From Elusimicrobiota bacterium (GTDB taxonomy: Bacteria > Elusimicrobiota > Elusimicrobia > UBA1565 > UBA9628), in assembly GCA_038211115.1 (NCBI GenBank), contig JBBQVX010000001.1, positions 19,900 through 83,899 on the forward strand: a stretch of 64,000 nucleotides of DNA, read 5' to 3'. The position numbers and the translations under genes are program-made. The notes beneath the pieces are model-generated. The model was given only the letters and a program-made list of their open reading frames with translations, made no database searches and was not told the origin of the DNA. Shown here piece after piece: positions 24,370-36,701 of the stretch (its first letter is position 1; the number at the start of each line of letters is the position of its first letter).

Positions 24370-25325
24370 GGAGCCTTGGGCTCCGGAAGGTCCCACAGCC
24401 GGACCGTCTTGTCCCAGCTCGCCGTGAGCGCTCTCTTGCCGTCGGCCGACACGGCCAGCCCCTCGATGATATCCCCGTGGCCGGTCAGCTCGTATTGAGG
24501 CTCGCGGGGAGACGCCGCCCATAAACGCCCCGCTTTGTCGCGGCCCGTCGTGAGAATCCGCCCATCGGGGAGGAATTCTGCCGCGGTGATGACCGCGCCG
24601 CCGGGCTTCCAGGATTGGAGCTCCTTGCCGGTCGCGGCGTCCCACAGCCGCGCCGTGCCGTCGTAGGCCGCCGTGACGACGCGCTTGCCGTCGCGGGAGA
24701 CGGACACCCAACGCACCGAGTCCGCGTGGCCGCGCCACACGCCCATCGAAGCACCGTCCGGCAGCGACCAGACGCGCACGGTCTTGTCGCTGCCGCAGCT
24801 GTAGAGGCGCTCGCCGTCCGGCGAAAACGCGACGGACAGCACCATCTCCTCGTGGCCCTTGAACACGCCGAGGGGCTTGAAGGACGCCGCGTCCCAGAGC
24901 CTCACGGTTTTATCCACCCCGGCGCTCGCGAGGCGACGGCCGTCGCGGGAATAGGCGACGAACACAACGGCCCCTTCGTGGCCGGCCAGCGTCGCGAGCT
25001 TCTTGCCGGATTCGGCGTCCCAGACGAAAAGTCCGTCGCGCGCGGCCGAGACGACGCGCTTGCCGTCCGGCGAGACGGCCACCACGTTGACCTGAGCGGT
25101 CTTATCGAAGCGCTTGAGCTCATGGGCCTTCGCGAGGTCCCAAATCCGGACCAGGCCGTCCCAGCTGCCGGTCACGACGCGTTTTCCATCGGGAAAGAAC
25201 GCGGCGGTGTGGGCGATGTCGCCGTGGCCCTTCAGCGCGGCGGCCGGCTGGAGGGTCTTCCCCCCCGCGAACGCGCGGCACACGGCGACGGCGGAGACGG
25301 CGAGGGCGGCGATGAGAATTTTCAT
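24366..25325 (-). CDS. Secreted WD40-repeat beta-propeller protein
   Basis: Signal peptide MKILIAALAVSAVAVCRAFA and about seven repeats ending in ...VR[IL]WD. GGAGG lies 5 nt upstream of ATG 25325, so I prefer it to the track's GTG 25337. Confidence 0.85.
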   Translation of the reverse strand: MKILIAALAVSAVAVCRAFAGGKTLQPAAALKGHGDIAHTAAFFPDGKRVVTGSWDGLVRIWDLAKAHELKRFDKTAQVNVVAVSPDGKRVVSAARDGLFVWDAESGKKLATLAGHEGAVVFVAYSRDGRRLASAGVDKTVRLWDAASFKPLGVFKGHEEMVLSVAFSPDGERLYSCGSDKTVRVWSLPDGASMGVWRGHADSVRWVSVSRDGKRVVTAAYDGTARLWDAATGKELQSWKPGGAVITAAEFLPDGRILTTGRDKAGRLWAASPREPQYELTGHGDIIEGLAVSADGKRALTASWDKTVRLWDLPEPKAP

Positions 25326-25392
25326 GGAGACCTCCACGACTTCCTCCAGACTCGATTATTTTTCCGTCGGCGCCGCCATGACGAGCGGGCGA

Positions 25393-26283
25393 CTATTTCG
25401 CGTCGAGCGGGATCACCTGCACGCGCGCGTTATCGGTGTCGGCGATCAGCAGCGCGCCGTCCGTCGTCTTCACGTCGTACGGATGGTTGAAGCCGCCGGG
25501 CGCCGCGCTCGGGACCGCGGCCGCGGCGTCGGTCCGCCAACCGGCGGGAGGCGCGCCGAGCCAGCCTACGAGGCGGCCGTCCGACGTGAAGCGCTGCACG
25601 CGCGCGTTGTTGAACTCGGACACGACGAATCCGCCGGGAACCAACGCCAGCGAAACCGGGGCGTCGAACGAGCCGGGCGCTCGTCCCGCCTCGGGCCCGC
25701 CGATCGCGCCGGCCGCGTCGCCGCGCTCGTCGAACCAGCGCAGGCGGTGATTCCAAGTGTCGGCGACGAGCATGCGCCCGTCCGGCAGGACGACGGCGGC
25801 GTGGACCCGGTCGAAGCCGTCGCGGGAAGCCGCGCCGGACGGCGCGCCCGAGGTCTTCCACCCGGACGTCCCGTCGTGCCACGACAGGAGGCGGCCGTCA
25901 GGCGAGAACCGCAGGAGGCAGTGCGAGCCGTAATCCGCGACGACGATCGAGCCGTCGGGAAAGATTTCCAATCCAGCCGGACCCGCCAACAACCACGGCC
26001 GCGCGGCGTCGGCCGCCGCGAAGACCCCGGCGTCGGAGCCGTCGGGACGGAAGCGACGCACGCTCCGGCCGTAGAAGTCGGTGACGAGAACGGAGGCGTC
26101 CGGCAGGACAGCGACGGAATGGGCGCCCTTCATCGCGGGCGAACCGACGGTGCGCCAGGCCTGAACGAAATCCGGGCCCACCCGGGTCAGCTCGCCGGTC
26201 TTGAGGTCGGCCGCGTAGAAGCCGCCGCCGGGTGCTGCGCGCACCCCGAACGGGCGCGTAAATCCCGGAATCGCGCGGATCAT
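25393..26283 (-). CDS. NHL-repeat beta-propeller protein
   Basis: Six repeats of the type P.GVAV.PDG...VAD..N.R[VL]..F..DG (for example HSVAVLPDASVLVTDFYGRSVRRFRPDG and HAAVVLPDGRMLVADTWNHRLRWFDERG). Confidence 0.8.
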   Translation of the reverse strand: MIRAIPGFTRPFGVRAAPGGGFYAADLKTGELTRVGPDFVQAWRTVGSPAMKGAHSVAVLPDASVLVTDFYGRSVRRFRPDGSDAGVFAAADAARPWLLAGPAGLEIFPDGSIVVADYGSHCLLRFSPDGRLLSWHDGTSGWKTSGAPSGAASRDGFDRVHAAVVLPDGRMLVADTWNHRLRWFDERGDAAGAIGGPEAGRAPGSFDAPVSLALVPGGFVVSEFNNARVQRFTSDGRLVGWLGAPPAGWRTDAAAAVPSAAPGGFNHPYDVKTTDGALLIADTDNARVQVIPLDAK

Positions 26284-26287
26284 AGGC

Positions 26288-26294
26288 TATAATC
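26288..26294. promoter_or_regulatory. Shared -10 element in a 20-bp divergent intergenic region
   Basis: On the plus strand, TATAAT (26288-26293) lies 10 nt from ATG 26304. On the minus strand, GATTAT (26289-26294) lies 5 nt from ATG 26283. Confidence 0.45.
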
Positions 26295-26303
26295 GACGTT
26301 CAG

Positions 26304-28969
<2,666 letters not shown>

Positions 28970-28973
<4 letters not shown>

Positions 28974-30022
28974 GCCTCGCGATCGCCGGCCGCAAGATCG
29001 GCCCGGGGCACCCGATGTTCGTCATCGCGGAGATGTCCTGCAACCACCACGGCAAGTTCGCGGAAGCGGTCCGTCTCGTGCGCGCCGCCAAGGATGCGGG
29101 CGCCGACGCGATCAAGCTCCAGACCTACACGCCCGACACGATGACGCTCGACGCCGAGCAGCCGTGGTTCAAGATCAAGGGCACGATCTGGAACGGCCGC
29201 GGCTTCTATGGCCTCTACAAGGAGGCGATGACGCCGTGGGAGTGGCACGCGCCGCTCAAGAAGCTCGCGAACTCCCTGGGACTGATCCTGTTCTCCTCGC
29301 CGTTCGACGCGAGCGCCGTCGACTATCTCGAGAAATTGGGCATGCCCGCCTACAAGATCGCCTCGTTCGAGAACGGCGACCTCCCGCTCATCCGCAAGGC
29401 CGCGAAGACCAAAAAGCCCATGATCCTCTCGACCGGGACCGCGACGACCGCCGAGGTCGACGAGGCCGTCAAGACGCTTAAGGCCGCCAAGGCCAACTTC
29501 GCTTTGCTCAAGTGCGTCAGCGCCTACCCGGCGTCCGAGTCCGAGATGAACCTGCGCGCGATCCCGGTCCTAGCACGGCGCCACGGCGTGCCGGTCGGCC
29601 TGTCCGACCACACGCTCGGCTCCACCGTCGCCATCGCGGCCGCGGCACTCGGCGCCTGCGTCCTCGAGAAGCACATGATCCTGAAGCGCTCCGCCGGGGG
29701 GCCCGACGCCCAGTTCTCCATGGAGCCCGCCGAGTTCAAGGACATGATCCGCGCGATCCGCTCCACGGAAGCGGCCATGGGCGACGGCCGCCTCGGCCCC
29801 GCGCCGAGCGAGACGCCGTCCCGCGCGTTCCGCCGCTCGCTGTTCATCGTGAAGGACGTGGCCGCCGGCGACAAGCTGACGGCCGACAATCTGCGCGCGA
29901 TCCGTCCGGGCAACGGCCTGCCCCCGCGCGAGTTCGACGCGGCGCTCGGCCGCCGCGCCAAGAAAGCCATCAAACGAGGCACTCCCCTGAGCTGGAGCCT
30001 CGTCACCAGGAGCAAGTCATGA
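28970..30022 (+). CDS. pseI: Pseudaminic acid synthase
   Basis: VIAEMSCNHHGKFAEAVRLVRAAKDAGADAIKLQTYTPDTMTLD, YKEAMTPWEWH, FSSPFDASAVDYLEKLGMPAYKIASFE, and an SAF domain at the C-terminus. GTGA overlap. Confidence 0.9.
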
Positions 30023-31215
30023 CCACCCCCGCCCGCTATATCCGCTACTGCACGCGCTGCGTGATGCCCGAGACGAAGCCCGATCTCAAGATCGACGCCG
30101 ACGGCGTCTGCTCCGCCTGCCGCTACTTCGAGAACCGCAAGGAAGTGGACTGGGATCAGCGCAAGAAGGAACTGATGGCGCTCGTCGAGAAGTACCGCTC
30201 GAAGAACCACACGAACTGGGACTGCATCGTGCCCGTCAGCGGCGGCAAGGACTCGACCTTCCAGGTCGCGAAGATGCTCGAGCTGGGCCTCAATCCCTTG
30301 TGCGTGACGGCGTCGACCTGCCGGCTCACCGAGATCGGCCGCCGCAACCTCGCCAACATCAAGGAGCTCGGCGTGGACTCCTACGAGGTCACGACGAACC
30401 CCGTGATCCGCCGCAAGATCAACCGTCTGGCGCTGCGCGAGATCGGCGACATTTCCTGGCCCGAGCACCTCACGATCTTCACCGTCCCCGCGCGCGTCGC
30501 CGTCCAGCTCGGCGTTCCCCTCCTCGTGTGGGGCGAGAACTCCCAGCACGAGTACGGCGGCCCCGCCGGGGACGCGCACAGCAACGTGCTGACCCGCCGC
30601 TGGCTCGAGGAGTTCGGCGGCCTGCTCGGCCTGCGCGTGACCGACCTGCCCGGCCAGGACGGCATCGAGGCCAAGCACATGATCCCGTACACCTATCCCA
30701 CCGACGCCGAGATGGCGAAGGTCGGCGTGACCGGCCTGTTCCTCGGCTACTACATCCCCTGGGACGGCTTCACCAACGCGCTCGTGGCCCAGTCCCACGG
30801 CTTCGAGACCTACAACAAGTTCGTCGAGGGCTCCGCCGTCAACTACGAGAACCTCGACAACGCGCACATGGGCATCCACGACTACTTCAAGTTCATCAAG
30901 TACGGCTTCGGCCGCGCGACGGACCTCGTCTGCATGCAGATGCGCCGCGGCCGCCTCGGCCGCCACGACGCGATCCAGATGGTCAAGACGCACGACGGGA
31001 AGTACCCGTGGTCCTACCTCGGCCACAGCCTCGAGGCTATGCTCGGCGATATCGGCATGACGGTCGAAGAGTTCGACAAGATCTGCGACCGCTTCACGAA
31101 CAAGCGCCTGTTCCTCTGCGACGCGCGCGGCGAGCTCGTCCGCGACTCGAAGAAGAACCTCACCAAGATCAACTACGACAACAAGACGGCGGGAGAAACG
31201 GCCTCCGTCGCGTGA
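30019..31215 (+). CDS. N-acetyl sugar amidotransferase (PseA-like, PP-loop), set 2
   Basis: YCTRCVMPETKP...GVCSACRY and VPVSGGKDST. ATGA overlap. Confidence 0.85.
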   Translation: MTTPARYIRYCTRCVMPETKPDLKIDADGVCSACRYFENRKEVDWDQRKKELMALVEKYRSKNHTNWDCIVPVSGGKDSTFQVAKMLELGLNPLCVTASTCRLTEIGRRNLANIKELGVDSYEVTTNPVIRRKINRLALREIGDISWPEHLTIFTVPARVAVQLGVPLLVWGENSQHEYGGPAGDAHSNVLTRRWLEEFGGLLGLRVTDLPGQDGIEAKHMIPYTYPTDAEMAKVGVTGLFLGYYIPWDGFTNALVAQSHGFETYNKFVEGSAVNYENLDNAHMGIHDYFKFIKYGFGRATDLVCMQMRRGRLGRHDAIQMVKTHDGKYPWSYLGHSLEAMLGDIGMTVEEFDKICDRFTNKRLFLCDARGELVRDSKKNLTKINYDNKTAGETASVA

Positions 31216-31829
31216 GGACCGTCGCCCTCGTCGACTACGGCATCGGCAACGTCGACTCGGTGCGGCGCGCCCTGCAGGAATGCGGCGCCGAGGTCGTCCT
31301 GGCCGGCAAGCACGCGGAATTCGAGCGCTGCTCCGCGATCGTGCTGCCCGGCGTCGGCGCCGTCGGCGACGGCATGAAGCACCTGCGCGAGCGAGGCTTA
31401 GTCGAGCTCCTAAACGAGCAGGTCCTCGAGAAGAAGATTCCGTTCCTCGGCGTCTGCCTCGGCATGCAGATGCTCGCCAAGAAAGGCTTCGAGAACGAGA
31501 CGAGCGACGGCCTCGGCTGGATCGACGCCGACTGCGTCCGGCTCGAGCCGAAGACCGCCGCCGACCGGATTCCGCACATCGGCTGGAACGGAGCCGAGCA
31601 CGACGGGAAGTCGCCGCTGTTCAAGGAACTCCCCTCGGGCAAGGACTTCTACTTCGTGCACAGCTACGCGCTGAAGTGCCGGAAGCCCTCGGAGATCGTC
31701 GCGACGACGCCGTACGCGGGCGGCTTCGCCTCCGCCGTGGGCCGGGACCACATTTGGGGCGTGCAGTTTCATCCCGAGAAGAGCCAGAAGCCCGGCTTCC
31801 AGCTCCTGCGGAATTTCTTGGCACTTTGA
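31212..31829 (+). CDS. hisH: HisH-like glutamine amidotransferase subunit, set 2
   Basis: ALVDYGIGNVDSVRRAL, LPGVGAVG, GVCLGMQML and GVQFHPEKS. GTGA overlap. Confidence 0.85.
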   Translation: MRTVALVDYGIGNVDSVRRALQECGAEVVLAGKHAEFERCSAIVLPGVGAVGDGMKHLRERGLVELLNEQVLEKKIPFLGVCLGMQMLAKKGFENETSDGLGWIDADCVRLEPKTAADRIPHIGWNGAEHDGKSPLFKELPSGKDFYFVHSYALKCRKPSEIVATTPYAGGFASAVGRDHIWGVQFHPEKSQKPGFQLLRNFLAL

Positions 31830-32572
31830 TGCTCAAGATCCGGGTCATGCCGACGATGCTCTACAAGGACTACAGCCTCGTGAAGGGCAAAGGCTTCGAC
31901 TCGTGGCGCCGCACCGGCAGCCTGATGCAGACGGTCAAGGTCTACAACATGCGCGAGGTCGACGAGCTCGTGTTCGTCGACATCGCCGCCACGAAGGAGA
32001 ACCGCGAGCCCGACTACGCGCTGATCGACGATTTCGCGGACGACTGCTTCATGCCGCTGACCGTCGGCGGCGGCGTGCGCACGCTCGACCAGGTCGGCCG
32101 CCTGCTCGCCGTGGGTGCCGACAAGGTCGCGATCAACAGCGCGGCCGTCGCGACGCCCGGACTGATCGGCGAGATCGCGCAGCGCTACGGCGCGCAATGC
32201 TGCGTCGTCTCGATCGACTTCCGGGGCACGGAGGTCGTGACCGAGTCGGGGAGCAAGCCGACCGGCCGAAACGTCGTCGCGTTCGCGAAGGAGTGCGCCG
32301 ACCGCGGCGCGGGCGAGATCCTGCTCACCTCGATCGAGCGCGACGGGAACTTCGAAGGCTACGACGTCGAGACGACGCGCGCGGTGTCCGAGGCCGTCGG
32401 CATTCCCGTGATCGCGTCGGGCGGCTGCGGAAGCTACGAGCACATGGAGCGGGTCCTGCGCGACGGCAAGGCCTCGGCCGTCGCCGCGGCCTCGATCTTC
32501 CACTTCACCGAGAAGACGCCGCTCGAGGCGAAGAAGTACCTGCACTCGAAGGGCCTGGCGGTGCGGCTGTGA
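31829..32572 (+). CDS. hisF: HisF-like cyclase subunit, set 2
   Basis: RVMPTMLYKDYSLVKGKGF, VDELVFVDIAAT, PLTVGGGVRT and VIASGGCG. Confidence 0.85.
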   Translation: MLKIRVMPTMLYKDYSLVKGKGFDSWRRTGSLMQTVKVYNMREVDELVFVDIAATKENREPDYALIDDFADDCFMPLTVGGGVRTLDQVGRLLAVGADKVAINSAAVATPGLIGEIAQRYGAQCCVVSIDFRGTEVVTESGSKPTGRNVVAFAKECADRGAGEILLTSIERDGNFEGYDVETTRAVSEAVGIPVIASGGCGSYEHMERVLRDGKASAVAAASIFHFTEKTPLEAKKYLHSKGLAVRL

Positions 32573-33291
32573 GGACGGTCTTCATCGTGCAGGCGCGCAT
32601 GACCTCGACGCGGCTGCCCGGCAAGGTCCTGATGGACCTCGACGGCGCGCCGCTGCTCAAGCGCCAGCTCGAGCGCCTGCGCCTGTGCCGGACCGCCGAC
32701 GACGTCGTCGTGGCCTGCACGGACTTGGCCGCCGACGCGCCGCTGGCCAAGCTCGCGGCCGATTGGGGCATGACCGTGTTCCGCGGCTCCGAGAACGACG
32801 TGCTGGCGCGCTATCTCGGCGCCGCGCGCGCGGCGAAGGCGGAGATCATCGTGCGCGTCACCTCGGACTGCCCGCTGATCTGCCCCGAGGTGTGCGACAT
32901 GGTCGTCGAGTCCATGGGCGACGCCGACTACGCGTCGAACACGCTCAAACGCACTTATCCGCGCGGCCTCGACTGCGAGGCCTTCACGATTGCAGCGCTC
33001 GAGCGCACCGCCGCCGAGGCGACGAGCGCTCCGGCGCGCGAGCACGTGACATGGCGCATCCACTCCGAGGCGCGCGAGTCCTACGCGGTGCGCTCCGTCG
33101 AGGATTCGGCCGACAACTCGGACCTGCGCTGGACCGTGGACGAGCCCGCGGACCTCGAGGCGGTGCGCCGCCTCTGGACGGGACTCGGCCTGTCGAAGAA
33201 GACGCTCGGCTACCGCGACATCCTCGCCTACGCGCGCGCGCACCCCGAGATCGGCGCGCTCAACGCGTCCGTCGAGCAGAAAAAGAGCTAG
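32569..33291 (+). CDS. SpsF-type cytidylyltransferase (CMP-NulO synthetase family)
   Basis: FIVQARMTSTRLPGKVLMDLDGAPLLKRQLERL and RVTSDCPLI. GTGA overlap. Confidence 0.8.
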   Translation: MRTVFIVQARMTSTRLPGKVLMDLDGAPLLKRQLERLRLCRTADDVVVACTDLAADAPLAKLAADWGMTVFRGSENDVLARYLGAARAAKAEIIVRVTSDCPLICPEVCDMVVESMGDADYASNTLKRTYPRGLDCEAFTIAALERTAAEATSAPAREHVTWRIHSEARESYAVRSVEDSADNSDLRWTVDEPADLEAVRRLWTGLGLSKKTLGYRDILAYARAHPEIGALNASVEQKKS

Positions 33292-33292
33292 C

Positions 33293-33321
33293 CCGGCGAC
33301 TTCGGCCGGCCGATCTTTCGT
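33293..33321 (+). terminator. Weak intrinsic terminator candidate after the SpsF-type gene
   Basis: A CCGGC-N7-GCCGG stem followed by CCGATCTTTCGT. Confidence 0.25.
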
Positions 33322-33448
33322 ACTGGGGCAACGACTTCAGGGAGCGCGCCCATTTTTACTGCCACTTTGGCAGGTCGAGAGAACTTTTCCGGATTTTCGC
33401 GAAGCAGCGCCCCGGCGCCGCGGGCGTCAGTGCGTTCGGATGCCGGGA

Positions 33449-34810
33449 TTAGCGGTTCTTCGCCGCGACGGGCGCAGGCCGGTAGCGCGCGACCTTCGCG
33501 GGCGCGGCCCCGAGCTGGGCGCGGTTCTCCCAGACCTTGAAGAAGGCCGCGACGATATCGTCGAGATCGCGCCGCGTCATGGGCGGCCGCATCATCTCGT
33601 GCACGAACACCTCGTTGTCGTGCAACCGCTCCGTCACGGGGCAGGTGCCCTTGCGGTAGCGCTCGGCCATCCCGCCCGGGACGGCGGAAAAAGGCCAGCC
33701 CCTGGAGCCGAAGGCGATCTGCTTCTGATATAAAGGCATCAGGTACAACGGCTTGACGTAGCCGACGCTCAGGAGCGCGCCACCCTCGCCCTCGCGCAGC
33801 TCGGTCGGAGGCAGCTCGGCCCGGACGGCGTCGATGAAGCGGTTGCGCGACACTCCGGCGACGACCGCGTCGAACTTGAACGGGTGGACGTAATAGGCGT
33901 GCGTGCTGCCCGGGCGCACCTTCGGCGGAGTGATCGCGGGAATTTCGCCCAGGCGCTTGGCCAAGTACGCGCAGTTCGCCTGCCGCTCGCGCAGCAGCCC
34001 CCTGAGCTTCTTGAGCTGGCAGCGCGTGATCGCGGCTTCCACCTCCGGCATGCGGAAGTTGAAGCCGAGCATGTTCGTCAGGTCCTCGGTCTTCTTCTCC
34101 TCGACGACGGCCTCGGCATGGTTGCGGATCAAGCGGACCCGCTCGGCCAGCTTATCGTCGTTCGTGACGACGACGCCGCCCTCGCCGCAATGAATGTGCT
34201 TGTGATAGTTCAGGGAGTACACGCCGAGGTCGCCCAGCGTCCCCGCGTACTTGCCGTTATAGGTGGCGCCGGGAGCCTGCGCGACGTCCTCGATCACCTT
34301 CAGGTTATGCTTGCGGGCGATCTTCCGGATCGCATTCGCGTCGTAAGGCAGGCCGAAGATGTCCACGGCTACGATCGCGCGGGTGCGCGGCGTGATCCTC
34401 GCCTCGACCGACTTCGGATCGAGGCAGTAGTAGTCCTCTTCGATGTCCGCGAAGACGGGGATCGCGTTCCAGACGAGCGCGGCCGTCGCGGAAGCCGACA
34501 TCGTCCAGGGCGTGCAGATGACCTCGTCGCCCGGCTCGATGCCGATCGCGCCCATGGCGGCGTAGAGGCCGGACGTGGCGGAGTTCACGGCCATCGCGTG
34601 CTTGACCCCGAAATACTTGGCCCACTCCTTCTCCAGGGCCTGGACCTGCGGGCCGCCGTAGAAATCCTCGTGCCAGCAGCCGAGGTAGCGGGACAGGATG
34701 TTGGAATCGAGCGTCTTCAAGACGGCGGCCTTTTCCTCGCGGCCGATGACGCGATAGCCCGGGAACGGGCGGGTGCGGTGGGGTTTTCCCCCGTGGATCG
34801 CCAGCTTCAT
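33449..34810 (-). CDS. DegT/DnrJ/EryC1/StrS-family PLP-dependent sugar aminotransferase (long form)
   Basis: AVNSATSGLYAAM, GDEVICTPWT, VIEDVAQAPGA and SLNYHKHIHCGEGG (the PLP lysine region). Confidence 0.85.
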   Translation of the reverse strand: MKLAIHGGKPHRTRPFPGYRVIGREEKAAVLKTLDSNILSRYLGCWHEDFYGGPQVQALEKEWAKYFGVKHAMAVNSATSGLYAAMGAIGIEPGDEVICTPWTMSASATAALVWNAIPVFADIEEDYYCLDPKSVEARITPRTRAIVAVDIFGLPYDANAIRKIARKHNLKVIEDVAQAPGATYNGKYAGTLGDLGVYSLNYHKHIHCGEGGVVVTNDDKLAERVRLIRNHAEAVVEEKKTEDLTNMLGFNFRMPEVEAAITRCQLKKLRGLLRERQANCAYLAKRLGEIPAITPPKVRPGSTHAYYVHPFKFDAVVAGVSRNRFIDAVRAELPPTELREGEGGALLSVGYVKPLYLMPLYQKQIAFGSRGWPFSAVPGGMAERYRKGTCPVTERLHDNEVFVHEMMRPPMTRRDLDDIVAAFFKVWENRAQLGAAPAKVARYRPAPVAAKNR

Positions 34811-35748
34811 AACGCCTCCTGTGCGGCCGTGAAGACTTGATCGTACCCGCTAAGCCGCTTGATCTCGCGGTGCGGCAGGGAAATGTCGTAATGCTTGCCG
34901 GTGACGACGCTGTAGACGTCCTTGCCCATGATCACGCCGATCACGAGCCCCATGCTCTCGACGCCGACCACCACGTCGTGGCGGCGCAGGTCGGCGAGCA
35001 GGTCCGGCTCGCGCGAGACGGTCACGGAAAATCCTTCCGGCGCGCTCGCGGCGAGGCGCTCGTACTTCGCGGCGTCCTCCCGCGGGTGCGGCCGCAAGGT
35101 CGCGCTAAAACCTCGTCCCGCGAGGCGCGCGGCGCTATCGAGGAACTTGCGGACGTTCGTCAGCTCGTCGTCGTACTCCGAGGCGGCGGCGCCGAAGGTC
35201 GCGGCCAGCTTCACCAGAACGGGCTCGCAGATGTAGAGGATGGAGCGTCCATGCGGGCGGGCTTCGCCCGTCCGCACGGCTTCGCCCGCACGAATCCATT
35301 CGAAGTACGGATTCGGCACGAGGCGCAGCGGTTCCGGCGGGAAGCCCGAGCGCAACGCGTACTGACGGGCGTACTCGTCGCCGACCCACAGCTCGTCCGG
35401 CAGGCCGGATCGCCAGCTCTCCGCATTCCCGAAACGCTCGCGATAGAGATCCCAGTGATCGAGGAAGCTCACGCACCGCACGCCGTGGCGCTTCGCTCGG
35501 GCGATGGCCGAACGTTCGAGCCCCGACTCGAGGCTCGTCGCGGTCAGGACCCAGGAGCCCGGCCCGAGGCGGTCGATCACGTCGAGGCCGGAGAGAGACA
35601 GCTCGCCGCACTGCCGGGCGAAGACGCGCAGCGCGGGGCCTTCGAGCACGTATTTGAAATCATAGCGGCCCTCGTTCTGGCGCCGCCACGCCGCGAGGAC
35701 CTCGGCGCCGCCCGCGTCGTGGGAGACCAGCAGGACGGTCGGCTTCAC
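34807..35748 (-). CDS. Hypothetical 313-aa protein, possible small GT-B/PseG-like fold
   Basis: GTG 35748 lies in a GTGA overlap with the upstream gene. VKPTVLLVSHDAGGAEVLAAW... and VVVGVESMGLVIGVIMG are Rossmann-like. The track's longer N-terminus (to 36039) overlaps the upstream gene and is Arg/Pro-rich. Confidence 0.6.
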   Translation of the reverse strand: MKPTVLLVSHDAGGAEVLAAWRRQNEGRYDFKYVLEGPALRVFARQCGELSLSGLDVIDRLGPGSWVLTATSLESGLERSAIARAKRHGVRCVSFLDHWDLYRERFGNAESWRSGLPDELWVGDEYARQYALRSGFPPEPLRLVPNPYFEWIRAGEAVRTGEARPHGRSILYICEPVLVKLAATFGAAASEYDDELTNVRKFLDSAARLAGRGFSATLRPHPREDAAKYERLAASAPEGFSVTVSREPDLLADLRRHDVVVGVESMGLVIGVIMGKDVYSVVTGKHYDISLPHREIKRLSGYDQVFTAAQEAL

Positions 35749-36701
35749 CGCGAGCTCCTCGCCGCCCGGTCGCAAAGCCGGAGCGTGGCGAGGCCCGACT
35801 CGAGCGTGGACGGCAGCGCCGTCCCGTGCTCGAGGAACGCGTGGAGGCGGGCCACGACGTTGAGCTGATAGCGCTTCATGTCGGTCCGCACGTCCGCGGC
35901 GGGCTTCAAGCGGAAATGGCCCCGGTACAGCGGATCGGCCTTGGCCTCGAACGCGCGGATCGTCTCGCAGCAATCCGTCAGGCGGACGCGGCCCTTCGCG
36001 AACAGCAGGTCGATCTCGCCCATGTCGTAGCGCCGCCAATCGACCGGCGTGAAGGAGACGCGCGCGCCGCCCCAGCCGAGCGCGAACGCGGGCTGGGGAT
36101 CCTTTCCGTAAGGAGCGAGGCCCCGGCGCGCCGAGAGGGCCTTCCCGGGCCCGAACAGGAACTCGAGCAGGTCGACGTAGTGCGAGGCGCCGTTCAGCAG
36201 CCCTTTGCTGTAGAAGGCGTGGCCCGCCTGCAGCGCGCCGAATTTTTTCCGCGCGAGCAGCGCCGCCAGCTTGGCCATCCCGGGATCGGCGCGGCGCATG
36301 TAGTTGACGTAGCAGGGGATTTTCCGGCGCGCGAGCAGCGCCTTGATCTTCAGGGCGTCGCGAAGATTCCCGGCCACGGGCTTCTCGAGGACGATCAGGC
36401 GCGGCTTCAGGCGGACGGCCTCGCGCACGGCGTCCAGGTGGAACGCGGTGGGCACGGCGACGACGACGACGTCGCAGCGCTCAAGACCGGCGTCTCGCAG
36501 GCGCGCGAACGCCGGGAGGCCCGTCGCCTTCGAAAACGCCTTGCGAGCCGGCGCGGACGGGTCGACGCCGGCGACGAGACGGAAGCCGGGATGGCGTGAG
36601 AACGCGCGCGCGTGCGTGAGCACGCGGTCCGCGGGAGCGCCGGCATCGTAGCCGAAGCCGATGTTGCCGAGGCCGACGATGACCGCCGAATATTTCTTCA
36701 T
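35745..36701 (-). CDS. Gfo/Idh/MocA-family NAD(P)-dependent oxidoreductase
   Basis: MKKYSAVIVGLGNIGFGY and LEKPVAGN. Confidence 0.85.
   Translation of the reverse strand: MKKYSAVIVGLGNIGFGYDAGAPADRVLTHARAFSRHPGFRLVAGVDPSAPARKAFSKATGLPAFARLRDAGLERCDVVVVAVPTAFHLDAVREAVRLKPRLIVLEKPVAGNLRDALKIKALLARRKIPCYVNYMRRADPGMAKLAALLARKKFGALQAGHAFYSKGLLNGASHYVDLLEFLFGPGKALSARRGLAPYGKDPQPAFALGWGGARVSFTPVDWRRYDMGEIDLLFAKGRVRLTDCCETIRAFEAKADPLYRGHFRLKPAADVRTDMKRYQLNVVARLHAFLEHGTALPSTLESGLATLRLCDRAARSSR

Noticed and set aside
22567-24738. A 723-aa minus-strand ORF
   Set aside because: It is antisense to the 631-aa plus-strand ORF and to the WD40 3' end. It has extreme Arg/Gly/Pro composition and no recognisable domain.
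33359-33373. The hairpin CTGCCA-CTT-TGGCAG in the 158-nt convergent gap as an intrinsic terminator or small RNA
   Set aside because: It has a short 6-bp stem and no U-tract in the correct orientation on either strand. I saw no promoter-like element for an sRNA.
35749-36039. The N-terminal extension of track ORF 34807-36039
   Set aside because: It overlaps the Gfo/Idh/MocA gene and is compositionally aberrant. GTG 35748 in a GTGA overlap gives a sensible N-terminus.
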